From Adineta vaga (Eukaryota > Animalia > Rotifera): a stretch of 64,000 bases of DNA. The position numbers were made by a program, and so were the translations under genes. Within the stretch, counting starts at the first letter, position 1. Each line of letters opens with the position of its first letter. This document shows positions 53,312-64,000 of the stretch, in pieces. The notes beneath the pieces are model-generated. The model did no database searches. It was not told the DNA's origin and saw only the letters and a program-made list of their open reading frames with translations. Location of the stretch: assembly GCA_021613535.1 (NCBI GenBank), contig CP075492.1, positions 13,144,001 to 13,208,000 on the forward strand, given 5' to 3'.

Positions 53312-55055
53312 AATTTTGGTCTGAATTAATGGTGAGTATATATGCCGATATTATACTACGAACAGATACTGATTTCTTATATCTAGAATACGATTGAAAT
53401 TATATGGTTTCTTGTTAAATTCTACACGAGATGTAAAGTAGGATCAATATGAATGTAGTGGGATAAGAAAGAACAATAGACAGAAAAAAAAACATATCTA
53501 CGTTTCTGATACTTATTTAATCGTGCTTACAGATATAGATGTAAATTGCTGACTATTCATTCTAATTACGATCAAATCAAGTTACATATATGAAGATTAA
53601 AGCATTGTTAATACTTTGAACTAGTCTCCTTATGAATACTAATTTATGTACGATTTCTATTGCTCCTTCTTCTATACATTAGATAAATCCCTCTTGCATA
53701 GGTTGAAAAATTCATTATATTGTGTTTACCTTATCTTAAAAATAGATATCACTGGGTTTTTTTCTATGTGTAAGCGGTGTTCTTTGTCCATGTTTGTTGT
53801 ATTTTTCGCTATTTCGATTTACTACATACGACTCGTTCTTTTCTAAAATACAATGTTGATAACGCTATTTACTCAGATAAATGTGTACTATAACTCATTT
53901 TTGCATTGTAGTTTTTTGTTTACTGTTATTCATTGGATAAATAAAAATATTTTTGTGAATAACAAAAAGGTAATTTATATACAATGTATTTTTACTAGGA
54001 TGCTGTCTACTTGAATTAACGAATGCTTTCGATATAGACTTCAGTAAAATATGCAATGCAGGATTTATCTTAGAAACACATTTGATAACAGAGATATCTT
54101 CTCTGTATGATTATATTCTTTTTGAAATAAGATATTTTTTTATCTGTGTTTTACTTAACTATAACACATTATTATTTCATTAGATTCAATACTTCAGAAG
54201 TGATAATATTGTTTTAATTCAAATACTTAGTAGTGTAAGTTTATCACAAGAAAACGAACGTACAATATAAAACGATGCCAGATACAGAGAAAGATATGGC
54301 TGGCCAATCCACTTCTACCGACGATTCATCTATCGACACTAGCTCCCAACTGTTATTGACAGAGGCAGCAGTCGAAGCAAACACCCCTTCTCAAACGGAC
54401 GGAACAGCAACTGGAAGGAATATTATTGAAAAGATAAAAACAATTCTACAGGCTGTGCCTACAATTCTGGTAGCTCTTTTCATCTATAAAGTTCTTTCTT
54501 CTTATTCGAAACAATCTTATTTCAATCCCTGTAATATGACGATAGCTTCAAACAGAGATTTTCACAAATATTATGGCATCGAAAACTCAAGAAATCATTT
54601 CACTATCACAACTGCTGATGATTGCGATTCACAAATCATCATCAATTCTGTTCTTCCACAAGCAGTTCTCAAACAAGATCATTCCGCAACTTCATTTCTA
54701 ATCCTATCCAAATTTGGTACTGGTAAAACACTATTACGATGTGAATATTTCAAATCATTATCACCCACTCAATATTTCAAAGTACTCATCTTAAACCAAC
54801 ATCTAAATGACTATCTAGAAAGATATGTGAGTGCAACATCGGTTGACGGTGTGAACTGTGAAAGTTCGAACTGTTTGGTTGGCTGGAGAAAATATGAGTT
54901 TGGTCAAGTCCTGTTATCTATGTTGGTGACACAACTGGTGAACGAATATGAAAAGGAACAGTTTCATGTTTCGGATGTATCGTTAGAAGAAAAGATGAAA
55001 CTCATAAGTATCATTTGTTATTATTATAATGGAGATGATATAAACAAGTTAGAAA
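52696..55055. repeat. Inverted repeat, 516-bp arms (52696-53211 / 54540-55055) with a 1328-bp spacer
   Basis: Manual comparison: 6 mismatches in 516 bp, no indels. Confidence 0.95.
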
Positions 55056-55903
55056 GATTCGTTAATTATTTTCTGGAAAAACCATCTTCTTCGCAGTACA
55101 AAGCAAGTACTACTGTCACTCAATTTATTCAGCGAAATGTTTACTATGATAAATTACTACTTGCTCATTTCAAAAAAGATTTAAACAAATTTCGTGTCTT
55201 AAATAAAAATAATAGAAAGCTTGAACTATTATTAGGGATCGTAGAAGGTGAAAAATTTGAAAGTCAAGCAGCAAAAACAACTATGGTGGAAAACATATTT
55301 GAAGATCTTGTACAACTCACAGTATTCGTAAGAGATCATGTGAAAAAATCTGTGGTATTTGTAATCGATGGAATCGATGAAAGTCCATATCTTTTACACA
55401 AGAGTATCGATGGTAAGATATTATTAGAATTGTTTATGCGATCCTCAGTCTGTCAAGAAATTCTGTCATTAATGATGACTCAGAACTTTTATTTATCATT
55501 ATTCTATCCTCAAATAGATGATATTCAATTTCAAAATGATATTGTTAGGAAGGACAAATTTCCAACACTTACAATTCAATGGGATACAAAATCGTTGATG
55601 AATTATGCAGATTATGTCATAGAGGAAATGAATAGGAATATTTTAAGAAATCGTTGTCAATTAATACCAGATTTCGAAACACTTGTGAGTTATACAAACC
55701 CACAGATAGCTGATATTATTAATGAATTTCAAACGCCAAGAGAACTCCATCAATTTATTCGGAAATTGATCGTAGAAATGAATAATTGTGCAAAAGATAA
55801 TGATAAACCGTTTATAGCCACATTTGATAATGTTAACAATGCTTATATTAAAGCAAAGGAAGTTTTCAAGAAATATCCTACTCTTGACAAAGCTGAGAAA
55901 TAA
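54275..55903 (+). CDS. Intronless membrane-anchored P-loop NTPase (STAND/AAA+-like), paralog B
   Basis: 542-aa ORF; S/T-rich N-tail then TM; FLILSKFGTGKT; VVFVIDGIDE; LTIQW..KSL; TPREL. Confidence 0.85.
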   Translation: MPDTEKDMAGQSTSTDDSSIDTSSQLLLTEAAVEANTPSQTDGTATGRNIIEKIKTILQAVPTILVALFIYKVLSSYSKQSYFNPCNMTIASNRDFHKYYGIENSRNHFTITTADDCDSQIIINSVLPQAVLKQDHSATSFLILSKFGTGKTLLRCEYFKSLSPTQYFKVLILNQHLNDYLERYVSATSVDGVNCESSNCLVGWRKYEFGQVLLSMLVTQLVNEYEKEQFHVSDVSLEEKMKLISIICYYYNGDDINKLERFVNYFLEKPSSSQYKASTTVTQFIQRNVYYDKLLLAHFKKDLNKFRVLNKNNRKLELLLGIVEGEKFESQAAKTTMVENIFEDLVQLTVFVRDHVKKSVVFVIDGIDESPYLLHKSIDGKILLELFMRSSVCQEILSLMMTQNFYLSLFYPQIDDIQFQNDIVRKDKFPTLTIQWDTKSLMNYADYVIEEMNRNILRNRCQLIPDFETLVSYTNPQIADIINEFQTPRELHQFIRKLIVEMNNCAKDNDKPFIATFDNVNNAYIKAKEVFKKYPTLDKAEK

Positions 55904-57091
55904 ACATAATATGCTTTAATTAAACAAGAAAATCATTGAAATAATATCAACGATTTACAATTTTGTATGGAAACTTTGATATCATTTTTTTCATTTAGTG
56001 ATCAATTTCTTCTAATCGTTCTGTGTAAAATTGCTTATTGATTTTTATTCTTTACACATTCGTTGACAATGGATAGATGTATTGATAGCTGAACAATGAT
56101 TATCTGCTTCGTCTATTTATAACATTACTCTTATTTCGTAATAGAAAAAAATTCGATGATTTTCTAATGTGGAATACTGCTTCCATTTTCTGAGACTTTC
56201 ACAGTAGTTCCTGCTGGTTCTGAACGTCGACATCATCGTCTTAGATTGGTAAACATTAATTTTACTTTGTCTCTTTCAATCCTTCACAATTCTCTCCATG
56301 TTATCATTATTACTGTTTTCAATGTCGCTGCAAATACTTGTGGCATTTTTTATATACCATAAGACCTTCGTCTCGTCTTCCATGCAAGTTTTTTCTTTCT
56401 AACTATAGATATCGAACACTATATCAAAAACATGATAGAACGAAGAAAATTTCTAAGAGAGAAGAACCGAAAAGATAAATGAATAGAAAACAACACACGT
56501 TATTATTTAGTTGTGAAGAGGAGATTAAAACAAACACCCATATTTGATAAACATGAAGTCAATATATACTCTTTGTGATTGAGAAAATGATCTTATTTCA
56601 ATCGTTAATTTGTTTTCTATACTAGCTCTCATTGACTTGTCGACCATTCCTGATACTATATGATACAAGATACACGTCAATATGTCTTAAAAATTTGAAG
56701 TTGTATGGCATGTTTTCATTTTATTTATAGGATAGGAAATATTTTTAAACTGCCTGTGCACCTTGAAAGCAATTCAACATACTCTCACGAACTTAATTAA
56801 TGAACTTTTGATAGTTATATCTGATATCATCTGTCATATATTGTAAAATACAAGAATTGCACTCTTTTTAACGTCGAAGTTCCAATATAATTTTCTACAT
56901 AAACACTTGTTGTGCTCAGTAGATTGGAATATACAACAGAATGAATAAAATCGAATGTTTTGAATCTTATTTATTCAAACTAATTGCATTAAAATATCAC
57001 TTAAGGTATAAGTATAGATGACGAAAAGTTATCTACATATACTCACACCCTCATGTGAATTTTCTTGTTTCAAAAAATTTAATAAAATTTA

Positions 57092-58027
57092 TTAATTATA
57101 GATTATATGTAGAATGCTAAAAGAAAGAAGTATGATACTGGAAAAATGTTCAAGTAAAGATGATGCATGATTTGTTGTTGTTGTCGTTGTTGTTACATCA
57201 GTCGTGGAAATAGTTGTTGGTTTTAACGTCGTTGTTTCAGTTGGCCATGGTGGTGTCGTAGCATTGATGACTGATGTATTAATTGGTATAATATAATCAC
57301 GTTCTAACATCTGAAACGTGTTCAATGCAGTGATATTTTTGCCACAGTTTTCAGTATTACAATAATAAATACCAAATTGAGTTAAACCATATTTAACACC
57401 ATCTGGTTCATACAATTGAATCCAATGAACATGGGGAAAATCGTCTGAATCCAATTTCTGACATCCGCCATTAACATGAATATTACCACTTCTACTCCAA
57501 TGAATATAACTAATAAAACACAATGATGTGTTTTGCGGACAAATATCGTCATTTTGACATTGAATCGGTCCAGTATTGTTTGGATGGTAGAGATTAGTAG
57601 CAAGTGTTTGACGAAATGATTCTACATCTAACATTGCCAATGATGGTGATAATGTTTCACGTACAAATTCAAGATCACAAAAGTCGGATACTGAACAATT
57701 GTAATTGACATCGAGTTTTACTGAAATTTCATTTAATAAAAATTTTGTATCAATGACGAGTCTATTTTCAGTCATAATTGCTCGAGGTTCAGCATCGAAT
57801 GATCCGTTGATCAAACCTGTACTAAAGTCAATTGTTAATTGAACCATACATTGTTGATTGATATCATCATTTATTTGTGTTGATGGACAAATATCAATTG
57901 GAAATGACGAATTTAAAGGTACTCCTTCAAAGGTACATTTCTTCAAACATCGACTTGAATCAATAAGTTGTATTACTATTGTAAAGACAAAAATGATCCA
58001 GAAGGATCGATGTATAACACGTGTCAT
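57092..58027 (-). CDS. Intronless secreted Cys-rich (LU-like) protein with Thr-rich stalk and probable GPI signal
   Basis: Signal peptide; C-x3-DFC and YCNTENCG motifs; TTTLKPTTISTTDVTTTTTTT; hydrophobic C-terminus with no cytosolic tail. Confidence 0.8.
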   Translation of the reverse strand: MTRVIHRSFWIIFVFTIVIQLIDSSRCLKKCTFEGVPLNSSFPIDICPSTQINDDINQQCMVQLTIDFSTGLINGSFDAEPRAIMTENRLVIDTKFLLNEISVKLDVNYNCSVSDFCDLEFVRETLSPSLAMLDVESFRQTLATNLYHPNNTGPIQCQNDDICPQNTSLCFISYIHWSRSGNIHVNGGCQKLDSDDFPHVHWIQLYEPDGVKYGLTQFGIYYCNTENCGKNITALNTFQMLERDYIIPINTSVINATTPPWPTETTTLKPTTISTTDVTTTTTTTNHASSLLEHFSSIILLSFSILHIIYN

Positions 58028-58365
58028 GATAATGTTAATAGTATTTTAATACAAAGAATACATCATAATAAATATTTATACTCTATCCTGTGTACATTTA
58101 TTTGTCAATCGGATGATAAAATTATCATGACGTCATTTTCTTATCAAGAATTGTTTCATTTCATACGGATGATATCTTACCCTGTTGTCAACTTCATTTA
58201 TGACTAAGAAAAGAAAAACCATCGACAATATTATGAAACGAATTTTCGTTTGAAAGAGATTTCTAATGGATAGTGTTGTAGATGACCGGTATGTCTATAA
58301 CTTCAGATATATTAATTTATTGAAGAGAAGATAAATGTGAAACATGCTTTTTAAGTCATGAATCT

Positions 58366-61300
58366 CTACAGACTGTCTCCCAATTTCAATGCAGCAGCAT
58401 TGGTTTTATTATTAAACTTGTTATTGTTTTGTTTGACTTTGATTTTCACAGTTCCATCATTTTCATTAGAAGTTGTTATTTGATCATCTTCGTCAGAATA
58501 TAACAATTGATTTTCTTCTTCACCTTCACTATTTTGTTCCAATCTATCGAAACCTTGTTGACGATAATTTATCCAACTACTAAAAAACGAGTTGTTATTT
58601 GTACGATTGTTTTTTGTATCAATAGAATATGTTGTCGAACGTTGGCTTTGACCTAGATATTGAAAAACAATTGTACGATGAAAATAGTTCAAAATAAGAT
58701 AAGAAAAAGATTTTTTCATACGTAGTCTCAAAATGCGATAAATACAATAAACAATGAAGGTAAGACAAGTGGAAAGAACACTAGCGATTGATATGATCAA
58801 TAGAATTTGAATTGATTTCGGTTTTAAGTAAAATGATTCACGCATAATTTCTATTGTCTTTGGAGGAAGAGGAGACGAAGGAGAAGGAACTAAAGAATAA
58901 GAACTATCAATTCATATCATAATCAATTTAGTTTATTTTACTTTTATTTTTCGAGAGTACGAGTTTATGCAAAGCATTACCAGGTGGTGATACTAATTCT
59001 CCAACATAAATCTCTTGAGCTTCTCTTGAAACGGTTATATCATGTGCAGCAGTTAAATGCTGTGACAAAAAATTATTCATAGATCATTTTCATCAGAAGA
59101 TAGACTTACTGAGTCCACGCCAAATGATTTCATAATTTCTCCATTTTGTGCATTAATCATATAAATTTTCTCATTAGCTGTTTGCGGGCCACCTGTAACA
59201 GCGAACAGAATTGCTCCTAAATAAAATTTTACAATTTCAGTATACAGTCTATTTCTTTAAGACAAACCATTGGTAGTAGAAGCAAATTCAATAGCATAAA
59301 TTGCACCCATAGTTCCTCTTGGCTCAACATGTATTTGACGAAGAAAATTGCCTGTATCAGGATGAAAACATTGAATACGGAAATTTTCACGATCAGCAGC
59401 GCATATCAATTGTGCATCTTCGTTCAATGCAATCGAATGAACAATATTCCATTCGTTAGGTAATGGATACCCATCTCCTGAAAAACCGTTTATATCTTAT
59501 TAAATTCTAAAATGTATCGATCATTTAAACTCACCATCCTTTTTTCCACTCATTGAAGTACCCCATTCTTTAATAAACTGTCCTTGTTGATTAAATTTTA
59601 TAATACGATTATTACAATATCTAAATTAATAAAAATACAATAAATAGTTCAAGTACTCTAGTTTTAAATAATTTACCCATCAGCAACAAAAAAATCACCA
59701 TTTTTCATTACAACAACATCAGCCGGTCGACAAAATTGATTTTGACCTGAACCGGATTGAAATTTTTCTCCGACAATCAATGCTGGATGAGTTAAATTGT
59801 CTGATTTAAACATAAATACTTGATGATGGCAATATCAGTTAACCAAATATTTCCTCGGTGATCAATTGTTACTCCATGTGGCATATAAAACATATTTGCA
59901 CCCCATCGAGCTTTAATTTGTCCTGTTTGTGTGTCAATATGAGTGAGAACTTCTTCTTTAATTGGACCATAAGTTTCATGACGAAAACGAACACCATCAA
60001 AATATCTTTGAAAGTAGATAGAGAACCGTTAGAACATTTCATTTATAGAGTATCTTATCTTACTGAAATTCCCATTTACGAGAAGCACGATGAAATACAA
60101 CAAGTTCATTATTAGCATTATTCAATGCAATTCCACCAATATGACCCAATTGATTTATTGTTACTTTCTGATCAGGCCAAGTTTCGATATTTACGTATTG
60201 ATTAGTATTTTCTGTTGTTTCATGACCATGATTATGAGCACTATGATCCATATCAGTCATACCAGCTGGATTAGGTGGAGGAATCAAACTGTCTGGAGGA
60301 AGAAGACTAAATAAAAATATTAAAAAAACTACTTTTGAAAAGACAAAAATTTTTACCTAGACATCTCTTTCAGTGCATCATCCCAACAGTTTTGAACTGG
60401 TGGTTTACCACCATCACTTAAAGCTGGTTCATACCAGTACATTGCATAAACATTACACATTTCATCATTATGTGTTGATCTGAGAATACATTTTTTTGTG
60501 AATATCATTCAAATTACAAAATACAAAGTATCTTACCCAGCATAAATATCTCGACTATCATTATTATCATAAACACATTGACCAATAAAAACATCACCTT
60601 TCTCGATTTGCACGGGTGATGGTAGAGGATAGAATGCTTGTGGCCATTGTGGATTACCCTTTGCAACTTCAGAAACTTTTCCATCACGTACTCGATATAA
60701 AGAATTAACACGTGCTATTAATTAACTTTAGATAATATTTCTCGTAGAAAAGAAGAAATAGAACTCAAACCCCATTTATGAGCATGAACACGAATAGCAA
60801 AGATTGAAATAGGTGGTCCATTGTAATGGCATGAAAACGGTGTACGAATATCTAAATTAGAAATAAAAAATGATCGTTTCAGTCTAATATCTCACTTACT
60901 CTGTGTTTTTGGTGATAAGTGTATTCCACTTGTACCAGATAGCATGATACCAGCATGATATTTACGTCTACAATATAAGATAGATCATATTTACAACGAA
61001 AACTATCACATCTGGTTAATATTATCTTCTTACGGTTTACGACTTAAAATAATTTGATTTCCAGAACTATCACCTGTTGTTTTTGTTAAATAATGAATAT
61101 TAGCGACAATATATTTGTACGGTGTATTTTTTCCAACAGGAAAACCAACATCTACATATGAAACCATACAATTCTTACTTATTATTATAATTAGATAGAA
61201 GAACCTTCAGGTAATTTCAATGGCGGAGCATTTAAACCCCAACCATGAATAATCATTTGTTCGCCTTGACATGATCCACCCTGAATCCTGTATCATTAAA

Positions 61301-61780
61301 ATATACTACAGACAAATAAGGATCTATATAAAACAAACCAGAATGGTTTATCAGAACCTGGTCGTAAGCATGCATATGTTAGCATATGATGAGCAACACT
61401 CGAATTAATCATTGGTGTATATCCAACTAAAATGAATAATATGTTGATTCTTATTTTTTTTTTAAATTCGTACCAATGAATAGTTCTTCATCAGGTAATT
61501 TGTATTGAACATATGCATATTCATCTTCCTACAAAACAAAACCATATCATTTATGTCCTGTTTGTTTGGAAGGAAAAGAGAGTATTATTTTTCTAATCCT
61601 ACTTACTCGTGTTGTTATAATATTCGTCATTGTAATATTAGCATACAGAAGATCTTTGTTTTCTACTATATCTTGCGAGTTTCCGTGTCCCATGCCATGC
61701 GAACAACTATAGTTAATAGTTGTGACAAGAATCACAAGAATATTGAAGATGACGCTTGTTTTAAAACAAAATTTTCTCAT
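58366..61780 (-). CDS. PAM: Peptidylglycine alpha-amidating monooxygenase (PHM + PAL + TM), with a 1-nt frameshift near 59829
   Basis: AHHML, NIHY, RVHAH, GNPQWPQAFY and DEMCNVY (copper ligands); PAL motifs FYMPHG, FCRPADV, VADG|YCNNRI and ADRENFRIQCF; TM and acidic tail. Confidence 0.93.
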
Positions 61781-62247
61781 TTTTAGATGTAATTTTTCAG
61801 CAACTAGACAAACAACAAATGAATAGCATTAAGAAACACAATTTGTTTCATACAAATTTCTCATTTTTGTTTACCTACGTATGCATGCAACAAGCGTTGC
61901 TCTGTGAAGAAAAATCAATGGAAGACGACAGAACAGAAAAATGAGTGGTATGTTTGTAGTAAAAAGAAGCACATTACAAATATCACTAAATGGTAGGCAC
62001 AAAAAAAATCATTTGATATGCTTCAGTAATTATCATATTTTTTGTATATTTTTCAGTCAAAAAATACTGTATGATATATACGAAGGTGAAATTGTTCAGA
62101 CACGATCAACAGAAGAAGCATAGTGAATAGCCCATATGTTTTTGAATATTATCTCAGCAGATGATTAGGAAATTTGTTGATGAATTATATGAAATTGAAA
62201 TCATTCTTTTATTAGTATTCTTTGTATGAAAAAGGAAAAGAATAAAA

Positions 62248-64000
62248 CTACCAAACAACACATTTATTCACTCGACTATTTCCTTGTCCTGGTTTACAAC
62301 CGAATGCGCGATCAAATTCATCAAAATTCGATGTTGGACCGGTTATTCTAGAATAAAAATCAATCATTAAAACGTCATAAATGTACAAAAAAATTGTATA
62401 CCTAAATTGACCAAGAGAATGCACATCAGTTAAAATTCGATTGCGTGCATATGCATCAGTCATTTTAATACACCAAGTATGAGCAAAATTAATGAAAAAC
62501 AATTGTTCTACAGAATATTTTGTTAAACCCGGCAATTTCTTATCCACATTGGCGTTCGCTTTAGCCCATTGTTGATATGCCTATAAGACTTAATAAATGA
62601 TTAAAACTTCTATTTCAAATAAATTACTTACAAAAAAAGCAGCTTTTACTCCACCATTATCAGCAATATCTTCACCTTGTGTTTGATTTCCATTACTCTA
62701 AATAATGAATGAAAATACATCTAAATGATCAGTTCAAAATTATACATACATTCATATGAATACTTGGTACTGAAAAATTACTATATTGATCGATAATACA
62801 TTGTTTACGTTGATTAAATTGATCAATTGTTTGATCAGACCACCAAGGAATTCGATTACCATCTTTATCAAATTGTCGACCCGTATCATCAAATCCATGT
62901 GTTATCTCATGACCAATAACAAGACCAATACCTTCAAACAATTCACTCGATTTACTCTCAAAAAAAAACTTTCCTATCACTTACCACCATAATTCAAATA
63001 TCTAAACAACAAAACAAAAGATATTTCGATAATGAATTCATTAAATCTTTACTTTGGAGCATCTTTATTAAAAAATGGCATTTGAAGAATACCAGCTGGA
63101 AAAGCTACAAGACGAAATACATTAGATAAATGTTGAATTGTAATCGATTCACATACTAATTTGATTTTGTGATGGTTCATAGAATGCATTGATAACAGTT
63201 GGTGGAAGTGTTCCCCATGCTTTTCGATCAACAGCTTTTCGAAGTAATTGAAGATTTTCATTGGTTTTTATTTGTTGAATTTTAAAAATATTATAAATAT
63301 ACGATGAATTAAATACATACTAAATCATTCATAAGAATATCTCATCATATTACTATCATTTATATCTTACTTTTTCATAATCTTTTTCAAGTTTTGTATT
63401 ATTATCACTACCTAAATAATCTGGATAGCCAATTTGTTTACCAATTGCCATAGCCTAGAATTCTAAGTATGTCTCTCGAATCAAAATAATCTTCTTGTTT
63501 ACCTTTTCCATTGCCTTTGCTTTCGAAGTATCATCCATCCAAGTAGCTGTATCAAGCATAACAATAAATGAATCTCGAATATGTTCGATCATTTCTAATG
63601 ACTAAATTGATCAATAGAATTTTAGATATAAAGTCTATTCTATTCATTACTTGATTACGAGCATTTTCATCAAAATATTTTTTTATATAAAGTTTTGAAA
63701 CGACAAAACCCATATTATTATTTACATAAATTCCACATTTAACTGTTCGTGCTTGTTCAGCACTTGTGCCTTGAAAAGTTCGATCAAATTGTTCTTTCGT
63801 ATTTCGAATCGATCGAGGCATATTTCCTGCTTGATTCATCATAAAACGCCAAATGAAATAATTTTGTAAAGTACGTGATGATGTTTCATCGATTATACTC
63901 GTAGCATTATTCAGAAAATCTAATTCACTAACAACAATTGTATCTTGATCGTTTATAACTACATCAGCAGATAAATACGCTTGTTGAAGATAATTAGTAA
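62248..64000 (-). CDS. M13 metallopeptidase (neprilysin/ECE-like), 3' part; 5' end outside the window
   Basis: [56 protein letters not shown]; ends KCVVW. Confidence 0.95.

Noticed and set aside
56140-56380. Coding-like minus-strand fragment after NTPase B
   Set aside because: Multiple stops and no recognisable homology.
1-64000. tRNA, rRNA and autonomous mobile elements
   Set aside because: None recognised by eye; tRNAscan-SE and RepeatMasker would be needed to exclude them.

Overview
AT-rich, gene-dense eukaryotic (animal) DNA with many ~50-65 nt GT-AG introns. The gene content, compact introns and intronless genes of non-animal appearance suggest a bdelloid rotifer; this is inference. 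About 26 protein genes or pseudogenes are present: RSPH3, PGAP2, beta-arrestin, a Cys-less pentameric ligand-gated channel, an EGF/chitin-binding repeat protein, DBT, GAK/auxilin, glutaredoxin, a LRAT-like pseudo-enzyme, TRMT12, PREP, PIGT, COX4, TMEM87, a sterol desaturase-family gene, NUDT15, KLHL20, PAM, a partial M13 peptidase and several orphans. A complete U6 snRNA gene sits inside a GAK intron. The most striking observations: (1) a head-to-head pair of intronless, membrane-anchored P-loop NTPases of bacterial STAND-like appearance, sharing patchy ~98-99% identical inverted tracts; (2) duplicated, mutually exclusive 73-nt exons and two first exons in beta-arrestin; (3) an in-frame TGA in the Nudix box of NUDT15, with a SECIS-like hairpin downstream; (4) a 1-nt frameshift in the PAL half of PAM; (5) a tightly packed COX4-PIGT-PREP-TRMT12 run that may be an operon. 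Gene coordinates are spans including introns. Exon boundaries and family calls were made by eye, and no database searches were run.
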